Of a DNA stretch of 64,000 nucleotides, positions 50,381 through 59,808 are shown one piece after another. Origin of the DNA: Rhodospirillaceae bacterium. GTDB lineage: Bacteria; Pseudomonadota; Alphaproteobacteria; GCA-2731375. The DNA is taken from positions 10,603 to 74,602 of the forward strand of contig JABJKS010000013.1 in NCBI GenBank assembly GCA_018660265.1, written 5' to 3'. Position numbers and translations under genes: made by a program. The notes under the pieces are model-generated. The model did no database searches. It worked only from the letters and a program-made list of their open reading frames with translations, and was not told the DNA's origin. Within the stretch, counting starts at the first letter, position 1, and each line of letters begins with the position of its first letter.

Positions 50381-50611
50381 CCCTTATCCTTTCTACGGCC
50401 AAAATTCGCTTCATCTAACCAGAGTGACGATGAGCCAGAAATGTTGCGTTGGCAATCCATGGCGATCGGTCCATTGCCACTCACCCTGTTTCAGGGTGCG
50501 GCGGACATGCGATTGACGACCGCATAAATAGCATAAGAGTGAGACCTGCGATCGGGGACCGCCACCGGTCGTTATAGGACGGTCGGGATCACTATAGGAG
50601 TGGGTTAAGAA

Positions 50612-51481
50612 CTAACCTGCAAGGACTGGGACAACCGGATCGCACCCGGCCACAGTGCAACGACGCATGACCCGGGGATAGCGGTCGATGGCATAGTCGG
50701 TCAGCCTATGCAAGGTGGTACGGTTGTCCCAAATCAAAATATCGCCCTGGCGCCAATGGTGCCGGTAAACATTTCCAATGGCCGTTAGGCGGTTTTCCAG
50801 CGCACGAATGCGCGCGCGGCTGGCTGCAACCGGCTCGCCATCAATATGGGAGGCATGCCCGCCCAGAAAAACCGAACGTCTGCCGTCATCATGCTGGCGG
50901 ATCAATGGATGGGCGACATCAGGGACACGGGCCAATTCTTCGGCGCTCATGGGTTCCAACTTCCCGGGATTCGCGGACCGGCTGTAAGCATAGGAATGGA
51001 CCACTCGAAGTTGTTCCAGTTCCCTACGTTCGTTCTCGTCCAGACTGTCATGGGCCGCGATCATATTGGCGAACTCCGTGTCACCGTCTTCGGGTGGCAC
51101 CGTAACGGCATATAGGACCGTGGCGAGGCAGGGTGTGTCCCGAAAACTGCTGTCGGTATGCCATCGAGATGTGCCGCGCAAAAACACGGCCTGTGGATGA
51201 TCCCGGTGGGGCAAGCTGCCATCTGGCTTCACGTTGGAAAGATTGAAGATTTCCGGATAGACAGGGTGCCGCTTGTCTGGCTCTGGCAGTATTTCCAAGT
51301 CACCGAAGTTTCTGCAGAAGCGGACGAACTCTTCGTCGGATAAGTCCTGATCGCGAAACAATAAGACCTGCCAATGCCTCAAGGCGACCTGAAGGTCGCC
51401 GGCAATCTGTGCATCGTCATCAGCGCAATCGATGTCGGTGACAGATGCGCCGAGGGATGCATGAAGAGGGGAAAAATCCAT
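50612..51481 (-). CDS. TauD/TfdA family Fe(II)/2OG dioxygenase
   Basis: WHTDSSF, GDTEFA, HPL and WDNRTTLHR motifs. Confidence 0.92.
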   Translation of the reverse strand: MDFSPLHASLGASVTDIDCADDDAQIAGDLQVALRHWQVLLFRDQDLSDEEFVRFCRNFGDLEILPEPDKRHPVYPEIFNLSNVKPDGSLPHRDHPQAVFLRGTSRWHTDSSFRDTPCLATVLYAVTVPPEDGDTEFANMIAAHDSLDENERRELEQLRVVHSYAYSRSANPGKLEPMSAEELARVPDVAHPLIRQHDDGRRSVFLGGHASHIDGEPVAASRARIRALENRLTAIGNVYRHHWRQGDILIWDNRTTLHRLTDYAIDRYPRVMRRCTVAGCDPVVPVLAG

Positions 51482-51637
51482 GATGGAACGCTCAAAACCA
51501 GTTTCACTCACCATGAAGTCTAACATCGGCGGTCGAAACACTCTATGAGAAAGGTTTGGATCGTCCCAATTCACGAACCGGTGGATCTATCGGCAAGAAA
51601 TCTGCAGTTTCGATTTCGTTAGCCAGAGATCGACCAT

Positions 51638-51951
51638 CGGCGTTGATATCGTCTATGAGACCGTTCGCACCTGGTAGAACAATAGGGCCGAAAATTCACA
51701 CCAGCCGTTCCGGCGACGAGAGCCTGCGATGGCAAAGTTCAGGAGCGCCAAATCTCTACAGAAATTTGGTTCGAACCATGCTTCGATCCATGCTTCGGTC
51801 CACAACCATTTTAACCGGGAACGTCATCTTCGCAGCCGCCAAATCTTCAAACCCAATCGCTCGCTTGCCCTTGCTGAATAGCGTCAAATTGCCGCTTGAA
51901 ACGACAGGTGGCTCGGATTTTCTACCACGCTCAGGTTCCTCTGACAGTGCC
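51638..51951 (+). mobile_element. Truncated IS6-family remnant (right part with IRR)
   Basis: Closely matches 48468-48778; IRR TTCCTCTGACAGTGCC at 51936-51951; no IRL seen. Confidence 0.88.
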
Positions 51952-51994
51952 ACCCGGCAGCACCCCGAAGGCGGGCAATCGATCCCTGCGCACC

Positions 51995-53140
51995 TTACTT
52001 CGAAATTGCCTTCATATTGCCGGAGCTTTGGCGGCGAGTCAGATCGCCCCAAGCGTCAAGAAATCGCTCCACATCCGTTTCTTCCGAGGACCAGCCAAAA
52101 CTAGCCCGCAGTGCCGTCGTCGATATATCCGGATCCACATCCATGGAATCCAGAACATGGGACGGTTCCACTTTACCGGCCGAACAGGCCGAACCGGCAC
52201 TGACGGAGACCCCTGCCAGATCAAGCGTCATCAGTTGTTTATCGCTGCGAATGCCGGGCAAGGTAAAATTGCTCGTATTCGGTAAACGGGGCACATCCTC
52301 GCAGAAGATTGTCGTGGCTGGCGACAAGGCTTTGATCCCAGTTTCCAGCGCGTCCCGGTAGCCTTTTAGCCTTGTGGATTTGTCAACCAAAGTCTCCGCC
52401 GCGATTCGGCCTGCGACGCCAAGCCCGGATATGGCCGCTACATTCTCCGTGCCGGCGCGCAGACCTCGCTCCTGCCCGCCGCCGGTAATCAAGCTATCCA
52501 AGGGCGAATTGGTGCATCGTACCAGCGCGCCGATCCCTTGCGGTCCACCGATTTTGTGCCCTGACAAGGCAAGAAAGTCGACCCCCCAGGCCATAATATC
52601 GACAGGAATTTTCCCCACCGCCTGGACGGCATCGCAATGTACGAGGGCACCATGGCGATGCGCCAGATCTGAAATTTCGGCCATAGGTTGGAGCACGCCG
52701 GTCTCGTTGTTAGCGGCCATAATGCATACCAGGGCGGGCTCTTCATCCTCAGCCAGCAGCGCCTCGAGAGCCTCCAGATCGACAAGTCCGTCTTTGTCGA
52801 CGGGAACAAGATCGCTATCACCAGTACGGGTCAGCACGGTTTTCAAGACTGCTGCATGTTCCGTCGGTGAGACCAGTACCCGGCGGCGTCCAGCACCAAT
52901 AATGACAGTATTATTCGATTCAGAGCCGCCACTGGTGAAGACGACCTGATCTTCCATCGCACCCACCAGAGTTGCAATGGAACAGCGAGCATCGTCGATG
53001 AGTTTTCGCGCCGCGCGCCCGTTAGCGTGAACCGATGAAGGGTTGGCACCGGTCAAACCCATAGCCGAGCAAACGGCGGAAATCACTTCAGGAAGAGGCG
53101 GCGTGGTGGCATTGTGATCAATATAAACCGAACTATCCAT
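51995..53140 (-). CDS. Cysteine desulfurase (IscS/NifS group I)
   Basis: YIDHNATTP, FTSGGSES, ANNETG, HCDAVQ, SGHKIGGP (PLP Lys) and SAGSACS motifs. Confidence 0.93.
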   Translation of the reverse strand: MDSSVYIDHNATTPPLPEVISAVCSAMGLTGANPSSVHANGRAARKLIDDARCSIATLVGAMEDQVVFTSGGSESNNTVIIGAGRRRVLVSPTEHAAVLKTVLTRTGDSDLVPVDKDGLVDLEALEALLAEDEEPALVCIMAANNETGVLQPMAEISDLAHRHGALVHCDAVQAVGKIPVDIMAWGVDFLALSGHKIGGPQGIGALVRCTNSPLDSLITGGGQERGLRAGTENVAAISGLGVAGRIAAETLVDKSTRLKGYRDALETGIKALSPATTIFCEDVPRLPNTSNFTLPGIRSDKQLMTLDLAGVSVSAGSACSAGKVEPSHVLDSMDVDPDISTTALRASFGWSSEETDVERFLDAWGDLTRRQSSGNMKAISK

Positions 53141-53509
53141 AATTCTTACGGCTCCTTTATAACGATGCAGTGGGACCCATGGGGAACTAACCGGCGGTCT
53201 GATCAGGCTAAAAAACTCACGGCGTCGCGTGGATGCGCTTGAAGTCGATCCGTCCCCCCACCAAGCGCTCAATTGTCACTTGTCCAGTCACGGACTTGTC
53301 ACTCTTTAACGAGCGATTTCATATGATATATCGAATTGGCGAAGATAATTTTGCAAAAATCCGTAAATTTGGCATATAATTAGAAAATAATTCTATTTAT
53401 TAATTGTTATTAGATATTAATTGCCAAAAATTTCGCATCACTAGAAATTTGCCTGCACACGTTGATACAAAGCATGGCCTCGCCAATAAAGGCAGCGAGC
53501 AAGCTCACC

Positions 53510-54325
53510 TTAGCCAAAGACTGACAATTTGCTGAATTCCTGGAAGAGCATGTAGCTGGCTACAATGAGGAGGAAAATTGCGAAACTGGTCTTCAGGCCT
53601 GCTTCGGGAATTTTGTGGGAAACCAGTCCGCCGGCCAATCCGGCCGTTACGGCGACGGCCGAAAACGTGGCCATGAGTACAAGGTCGATGGGAACCGCGC
53701 CCACATATCCGGCAAACCCGGCGAATGATTTCAGGGCGATAATCATCAATGATGTACCGACGGCCTGTTTCATCGACAGGCCGGAGAGTAAAACCAATGC
53801 AGGTACGATCAGAAACCCACCTCCCACGCCGACAATACCGGTCAGGATGCCAACAACGACACCGTGCAGTGCGATGTGCCCAAAGTGTAGCGACCCTAAT
53901 GCTTGGTCATCGACGGCTGGTCCGTTTAGGTCTTTCTGTGCGCCCACGATAACCGGCTTGGATCTCTGCATACGCCTCTGCATGAGCATCTTGTAAGCTG
54001 CGTAGTACATGATGGATGCAAACATGAGCAATTGGACTGTATCAGGCAAAATGACGCCAATCTTGGCGCCGGCAAATGTACCGACAGCGCCAAATGCACC
54101 GAATATCAAGACGATGCGAAAATTGATGTTGCCGCGCCAGCCGTGTTGCAGTGATGAAATGCCAGCCGTCAGGCCGACGACGCCTAAGCTCATGGCGATC
54201 GCAGGTTTGGGATCAACACCAAGAAGGTAGATAAACGCCGGCATCGTGATGATGGATCCGCCACTACCGAGGATACCAAGCAACAATCCGGTGGAAGCAC
54301 CGGCAAGCAACACGAGAAACGACAT
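53510..54325 (-). CDS. TauE/SafE family sulfite exporter
   Basis: Duplicated GxGG..i.vP membrane repeats (GSGGSIITMP, GVGGGFLIVP) and AVGTSL. Confidence 0.9.
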   Translation of the reverse strand: MSFLVLLAGASTGLLLGILGSGGSIITMPAFIYLLGVDPKPAIAMSLGVVGLTAGISSLQHGWRGNINFRIVLIFGAFGAVGTFAGAKIGVILPDTVQLLMFASIMYYAAYKMLMQRRMQRSKPVIVGAQKDLNGPAVDDQALGSLHFGHIALHGVVVGILTGIVGVGGGFLIVPALVLLSGLSMKQAVGTSLMIIALKSFAGFAGYVGAVPIDLVLMATFSAVAVTAGLAGGLVSHKIPEAGLKTSFAIFLLIVASYMLFQEFSKLSVFG

Positions 54326-54395
54326 ACACAGCCTACTTCAACTTTTTGACCTTCGCGTTATCAGGCGAAACACGGCCTGGGCGATATCGGGATGT

Positions 54396-54623
54396 TTACC
54401 CCGTCTTTTTGATAAGGAATTTGTAGACACCGTCACCTTCATTTGAATCCAGCAGTTCATTGCCGGTGACGCGGCAGAAAGCTTCAAAGTCTTTCACCGC
54501 ACCGGGGTCAGTTGCCTCAATTTCCAGCGTGGCACCGGTTTCCATGCCTTTGATCGCTTTCTTTGCACGCAGGATTGGCAGGGGACAATTCAAACCCTTC
54601 GCATCCAATTGTTGATCGGCCAT
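54396..54623 (-). CDS. tusA: Sulfurtransferase TusA
   Basis: LDAKGLNCPLP and TDPGAVKDF motifs; 75 aa. Confidence 0.95.
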   Translation of the reverse strand: MADQQLDAKGLNCPLPILRAKKAIKGMETGATLEIEATDPGAVKDFEAFCRVTGNELLDSNEGDGVYKFLIKKTG

Positions 54624-54720
54624 TTTTTGCTCCTATCTATTCAAGCTGCCACCACCACCGGCGCGATATCGACGGTATTGGCAAATTCGTTCGTCTGCTC
54701 TAACGGCAAACTGGGCGTGG

Positions 54721-55221
54721 TTAGATAAACAAGTTGATATCCGCCTCCAGGGCATTCTCGACATAGGTGGCGGCACCGGCGATTTCGATGTTGTCGAGCA
54801 GGGTATCCCGCTTGATTTCGAACAGGTCCAGGGTCATCTGGCAGCCGATCAGGCGAACATCCCCTTCAATCGCCTCCTCCCGCAACTCTTCAATCGAGGC
54901 CACGCCCTTTTTCTCGATCATATTCTTCATCATGCCGGTTGCCATGGAACCGACGCCAGGCATGGCCGCAATCAAATTCGGCATGCCGATATGCATGCCG
55001 GCCATGGGCATTTTCATGGCTGGATTGCCAAGTGCCGTGACCTCCAGGTCCATCTTCTTTTGCAGCAGGCCCAGGCCATAGAAGGTGAAAAACATGCTCA
55101 CGTCCAAACCCATGCTGGCCGCCGTCGTCGCCAGAATGAATGGCGGATAGGCCCAATCCAATGAACCTTTGGTAACGATCAATGACATGCTCTTGGCGTT
55201 GGATGTATTTTCCTCTGGCAT
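54721..55221 (-). CDS. dsrE2: DsrE2-type sulfurtransferase
   Basis: KGSLDWAYPPFILA, FFTFYGL and GCQMT motifs. Confidence 0.85.
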   Translation of the reverse strand: MPEENTSNAKSMSLIVTKGSLDWAYPPFILATTAASMGLDVSMFFTFYGLGLLQKKMDLEVTALGNPAMKMPMAGMHIGMPNLIAAMPGVGSMATGMMKNMIEKKGVASIEELREEAIEGDVRLIGCQMTLDLFEIKRDTLLDNIEIAGAATYVENALEADINLFI

Positions 55222-55265
55222 AATTTCTTCTCCTATTTAGTAACTAGTTTCAGGAACTCGTCCTT

Positions 55266-55718
55266 TTACGCAGCGGCGGCATCACAGCCGATGAATTCGT
55301 CAGCCCGCATTTTTGCCTCGAATGCGGCGGCGATGGCATCGCCGGTAATAAGTTGCGGTTTGACCCCATCCCAATCTTCCGGCTGGACCTTCACCAGCCA
55401 GCCATTGGCGTACGGATCAACGTTGGCGATTTCAGGTGATGCGACCAGGGCCTCGTTGATCTCCAGGATTTCCCCGCCCGTCGCAAGTTTCGCGGGCCCG
55501 ACCCATTTGCCCGACTCGATGGTGGCGCAGGATTTCCCCAGTTTGACTTTGCGACCGACTTTTTTCGGTGTCACCGCCACAAGCTTGCCCGCCATGCCCA
55601 TGGCAACGGCGGTCATGCCCACGGTCAGGGTGCCATCGCCGTTTTCGGTATACCAAATATTGTTCTCAACATCGTAGAACAGATCATCCGGCAGATCGCA
55701 GCCAAGTACCAAAGCCAT
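55266..55718 (-). CDS. lbpA: Lipoate-binding protein (GcvH-like LbpA)
   Basis: IESGKWVGP lipoyl-Lys, N- and C-terminal Cys, DPYANGW; sHdr context. Confidence 0.88.
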   Translation of the reverse strand: MALVLGCDLPDDLFYDVENNIWYTENGDGTLTVGMTAVAMGMAGKLVAVTPKKVGRKVKLGKSCATIESGKWVGPAKLATGGEILEINEALVASPEIANVDPYANGWLVKVQPEDWDGVKPQLITGDAIAAAFEAKMRADEFIGCDAAAA

Positions 55719-55743
55719 AACAAACTCCCTTTACCTCTTAAGC

Positions 55744-56160
55744 CTATGCCGCCCCAGCACGTAACGCTTGGGACGAACAACAGTCGTCACCCAATTCGGG
55801 CACCTCGAATTTACCACCTACGAACAGACATAAATGCATGGCTACGGCGCGGGCCATGGCCATGCGGCTGGTGATCTGCGGATGCTCCGGTTCCAGATGC
55901 AGTAGATTGTAATAGTATGCTAATTCCCGGCAGCTCTCGCGGCAGGCATTGAAAGACGGCTCACCCTTGCAGCCCTGGCGATGCAGGGCCAGCAAGCGGA
56001 AGCCTTCCACCTTTGCCTCGGTCGGAACAACTTGTTTGTGGGAGAGCCAATGGCAGAGGATCTGTTCGCATAGGTCCAGCAGTTCATCAGCCAGCGCGAC
56101 AGGCGTCAGAGCAGCATCCCTGGTTAATAGCCGGGCCTCTAATTCGGCCATGGTTCTCAT
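55744..56160 (-). CDS. sHdr-associated Cys-rich hypothetical protein (sHdrI position)
   Basis: Lies between shdrB2 and lbpA; LHRQG..G.PSFNACRESCRE and C-terminal CCSS. Confidence 0.6.
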   Translation of the reverse strand: MRTMAELEARLLTRDAALTPVALADELLDLCEQILCHWLSHKQVVPTEAKVEGFRLLALHRQGCKGEPSFNACRESCRELAYYYNLLHLEPEHPQITSRMAMARAVAMHLCLFVGGKFEVPELGDDCCSSQALRAGAA

Positions 56161-56174
56161 GCCATTCACACCAA

Positions 56175-57101
56175 TCACAATAAGCCCTTTTCCTTCAGCA
56201 GGCCGCGGGCATCGGACACATTCTCCTGCAGACCCAACTTGCGGCCACTTATGCCCAGCGCCAGTCCCAACAGCTGGGTAAAATAAAGCATCTTCACATT
56301 TGTTTTGATGCCATGCTCCGTCTCGGCGCGGACTTGATGCATTTCCAGTCCGGAATGGCAGGTTGGGCATTCGGTCGCAATGATGTCTGCCCCACAGACT
56401 TCCGCCGTCTGTAATAGGTTGAGCACCAATTTGGTCGAGGTATCGGAATCCGCCAAGGTGTGGGCCCCGCCACAGCAGGCGGTCTTTAGGGGATAGTCGA
56501 CGATTTCAGCCCCGGCGGCGGCCAGCAGGTCGTCCATATAGTGGGGCTTGTAGGTGGACTCGCTGCCCGGTCCCTGGTCTTTCTCGGGAAATATATTGCG
56601 TGGCCGGGTATACATGCAGCCGTAGTAGTTGGCGACCTTCAATCCCTTCAGGCTGTTTTTGATCCGCGCGCGAATGCCGTCCTCGCCAATGGCGTCCTTG
56701 ATCCAGTCCAGGGCATGAATGGTTTCCACCTGGCCGGCTTGATAGGTGGCGTGCCCGGCCTTTTGCGACAACCTGTCCACGACTTCCTGGGTTTTTGGCT
56801 TCTTGGCGATATCGTGCTCAACCTTTTTCAGATTGTGGTAACAGCCATTGCACGGGGCCATTACTGTATCCACATTCATCTTCTCGGCCACGATGCCCAG
56901 GTTGCGGGCGGAAAGATAATTCTGGATCTCCGGGTCGATGTTCTTGACTTCCATGGCCCCGCAACAATTCCAGTTCGGCACTTCCACCAGGTTCAGGCCC
57001 AGCTTTTTACCGACCGCCTTGGTGGAGCGGTTATAGCCATGTCCCGTCCCTTCCAGGGCACAGCCCGGGTAGTAGGCGACGGTTTTATATTTCTCGCTCA
57101 T
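56175..57101 (-). CDS. shdrB2: sHdr subunit B2 (CCG domains)
   Basis: YYPGC, WNCCG, PCNGC, YYGC, CCGG and ECPTC motifs. Confidence 0.9.
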   Translation of the reverse strand: MSEKYKTVAYYPGCALEGTGHGYNRSTKAVGKKLGLNLVEVPNWNCCGAMEVKNIDPEIQNYLSARNLGIVAEKMNVDTVMAPCNGCYHNLKKVEHDIAKKPKTQEVVDRLSQKAGHATYQAGQVETIHALDWIKDAIGEDGIRARIKNSLKGLKVANYYGCMYTRPRNIFPEKDQGPGSESTYKPHYMDDLLAAAGAEIVDYPLKTACCGGAHTLADSDTSTKLVLNLLQTAEVCGADIIATECPTCHSGLEMHQVRAETEHGIKTNVKMLYFTQLLGLALGISGRKLGLQENVSDARGLLKEKGLL

Positions 57102-57112
57102 GTAATCGCCAA

Positions 57113-57844
57113 TCAATCCAAATTCAGGGCACGCTTGTTGGCGGCGTCCCGTTCCACCAAATATTCCTCGATCGCTGCCTGCGACTTGCCCCAATTCCGC
57201 GTGCGCGGGCGGAACAATGCCGCCAGGGCCATTTTGATGCCCATCAATATGGGCAGATGTTTCGCCAACCGCAAAGACATCTCCATCAGCCAGGCCTGAC
57301 GTAGCGGTTGTCCGGTTCGCTTGAAAAAGCCCCGGATGATGCGGCCTTCCTCAATCTTCCCCGTGGCGACGATCTGCTCGGTAAATTCCGCATCGAATGA
57401 CGCCGATGGGCTGACCGCCGTATGGCCTTTTAATTCCGCCCAGGTCGCCATGGCCTTCATCACGCCTTCAGGCACCACTTCGCGGGGGCAGGCGTGGGTG
57501 CATTTGTGACAGGAGACGCATTGCCACAACAGATCCTTGTCCCGCAGTAGTTCCTTTTCAAAGCCCATGCGGGCCAGATAGATCCAATAGCGCGGATTGA
57601 AGTCCGGGTTCAGATCGTTGACCGTACAGACGTTGGTGCAGGCGGAACATTGCCAACAGCGATGGATGTATTCACCGCCGGGCAGCGCGGCGATTTCTTC
57701 TTCCATACGCTCGTTATAGTCGCTGACCACGCGGGTTTCGATAAAGGTGCTCCAATGCCCGGAGACATCGACGCCGTCGATCTCCAGCGCTTCGTGCTCG
57801 GTCAGGTCTTCTGGGCGGATCAGGGATTTTTCGTGGATTGGCAC
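57113..57844 (-). CDS. shdrC2: sHdr subunit C2 (2x[4Fe-4S])
   Basis: MPIHEKSL start; CWQCSACTNVC and CVSCHKCTHACP. Confidence 0.9.
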   Translation of the reverse strand: MPIHEKSLIRPEDLTEHEALEIDGVDVSGHWSTFIETRVVSDYNERMEEEIAALPGGEYIHRCWQCSACTNVCTVNDLNPDFNPRYWIYLARMGFEKELLRDKDLLWQCVSCHKCTHACPREVVPEGVMKAMATWAELKGHTAVSPSASFDAEFTEQIVATGKIEEGRIIRGFFKRTGQPLRQAWLMEMSLRLAKHLPILMGIKMALAALFRPRTRNWGKSQAAIEEYLVERDAANKRALNLD

Positions 57845-58746
57845 TATGCCTCGCCCTCCGCAGCTAATTCAATAAAACTGGTAAACCGATGACGTTCCGA
57901 TTGGCCGCTGTTATCACCTTCAGGGAGTTTGACCCTGGTCTTTCGACTGCGCGCATTGGCGACATCCAAACCAAGCATGCGAAGGGTGTATTGAAAGGCA
58001 TCATCGGGTCCGGAAAATTCGGTCTTCAGATAGCTTGCGCCCTGGCTGCCGATATATCCGGCGTAGATTTGCGCGCAGAGTAGATCGACCAGAAATTCGG
58101 GGTCTGAACCATGCCCGCGATCGATGCAATAGCCAGTTAGTTCATCCCTGAGATTACAATGGGTTTTGAAATCATCGGGCACGTCCAGACGCCCCACAGA
58201 ACCGTCTTCGCTATGCCAAATCTCGCGCAGTACACCCGTATTGGCATGGGCATCCCAAATCCAACGGGACATCAAGGGGTAAACCCCCGGCGAAATGTTA
58301 TGCAGAATTTCGGTCGCCAGATCCCGAACCCATCTATGCTTGCGGTCCATCGGGAAGGATTGAACAAAGGCCGCTATCCGCTCGTTAATATCATGGGGGC
58401 CCTGGCTATCGTCAAGTAAGGCGCGCAAAGCCTGACGCATATGAACCATGCCCACATCAGCGGCTGTCTTTGCTATACGCCGGCGCACCGAAGGCATGAA
58501 CGCGGCAAGATCATAAAGCGCATATTCGCTCAAATGCTCAAGGGCATTGCCGCACAATTGGCTTCGAAAATATGTAGCCTTGGCAGCCAGTGCGTCCAGC
58601 AATCGCTCAATCCCACCATATTGTTCCGCATCTGATTGCAGGGATGTAAATGCCTGGTCCAAGACCGGTCCGGACAAATGCAAGACGACGCCCGGCAAAA
58701 CCGGCGACACCGCCCGTTCGGCCCGCGTGTTCCATTTGCCAAACAT
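57844..58746 (-). CDS. shdrH: sHdr accessory protein H (hypothetical)
   Basis: Position between shdrA and shdrC2, as in type I clusters; RWVRDLATEILH and RWIWD motifs. Confidence 0.7.
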   Translation of the reverse strand: MFGKWNTRAERAVSPVLPGVVLHLSGPVLDQAFTSLQSDAEQYGGIERLLDALAAKATYFRSQLCGNALEHLSEYALYDLAAFMPSVRRRIAKTAADVGMVHMRQALRALLDDSQGPHDINERIAAFVQSFPMDRKHRWVRDLATEILHNISPGVYPLMSRWIWDAHANTGVLREIWHSEDGSVGRLDVPDDFKTHCNLRDELTGYCIDRGHGSDPEFLVDLLCAQIYAGYIGSQGASYLKTEFSGPDDAFQYTLRMLGLDVANARSRKTRVKLPEGDNSGQSERHRFTSFIELAAEGEA

Positions 58747-58758
58747 CAAACGCCAGCC

Positions 58759-59808
58759 CTATTCCGCTGCCGCTGCGGCCAGCGGCGACAGTGCCATGGC
58801 AGACATCGCAACAGCCTGGCCTTGAGCAATGGAATCGTCGATAGTTTCCGGTCCAATTGCCGCGCCGGCGACAAAGACACCAGGCCGCGATGTCACCCCC
58901 GTGCCGCCGTAATTGGATTGATGGGCAATATTACCTTCCGCCTGTAAATCCACACCGAAGACCTTGGCGATGGAGTCGTTCTCCACATTGGGGTCCATGC
59001 CAATGGCGTGGACCACCATGTCGAAGGGGATGGCGATCGGGCGCTTGACCAAAGTATCCTCGCCCTTGATCAACAGGCGATTGCCGTCCGAGGTAACCTC
59101 GGCAACGCGGGATTTGATATATTTGACGCGGTATTCTTCCTGGCTGCGCCAATAGTATTTGATTTCGTTCAAACCAAACGTGCGGATATCCATATAGTAA
59201 ATGTAAACGCTGCATTCGGGCAGTTGCTCACGGATTTCCATAGCGATATTGGCCGAAACCGTGCAGCAGATCTTTGAGCACCATTCGCGGCCGATCTGCC
59301 TATCCCGGGAGCCGACGCACAACAGGATCGCTACCCGTTCCGGTGCCCTGCCGTCCGACGGGCAGTAAACCCCCTTACCCGACGAAATCATTTGTTCCAC
59401 CTGAACCGTGGTCACGACGTCCGGGTAGGTGCCGAAGCCCCATTCCGGCTTGTTGATGGAATCGAAATGGGTGAAGCCCGTCGCCAGTATGGCAGCCGAC
59501 ACCTGACAGCTTTCGCCATTACTCAAGGTCGCCGTGAACGCTCCCGGCGCGCCGGTGAATTCCGTGACCCGCGCACCACTGCGAACGTCGACCAGGTCAC
59601 TCTCCGCCACCCGCGAGACCATGCCGCCAATGGCATCCTTGGCCCATTCGTCGCTGGGCACCAGCTTGGCATAGCCCGAGATGATCGGCGCGCCGCCCAA
59701 TCGATCTTCTTTTTCCACCAGAATGGAATTGCGGCCCACGGCGGACAAAGCCTGGGCAGCAGACAGGCCGGCGGGTCCGCCGCCAACAATGAGGATAGGT
59801 TCAGTCAA
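58759..59808 (-). CDS. shdrA: sHdr flavoprotein subunit A
   Basis: GGGPAG, CVGSRD...WCSKICC and YMDIRT; short 349-aa form. Confidence 0.92.
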   Translation of the reverse strand: MTEPILIVGGGPAGLSAAQALSAVGRNSILVEKEDRLGGAPIISGYAKLVPSDEWAKDAIGGMVSRVAESDLVDVRSGARVTEFTGAPGAFTATLSNGESCQVSAAILATGFTHFDSINKPEWGFGTYPDVVTTVQVEQMISSGKGVYCPSDGRAPERVAILLCVGSRDRQIGREWCSKICCTVSANIAMEIREQLPECSVYIYYMDIRTFGLNEIKYYWRSQEEYRVKYIKSRVAEVTSDGNRLLIKGEDTLVKRPIAIPFDMVVHAIGMDPNVENDSIAKVFGVDLQAEGNIAHQSNYGGTGVTSRPGVFVAGAAIGPETIDDSIAQGQAVAMSAMALSPLAAAAAE

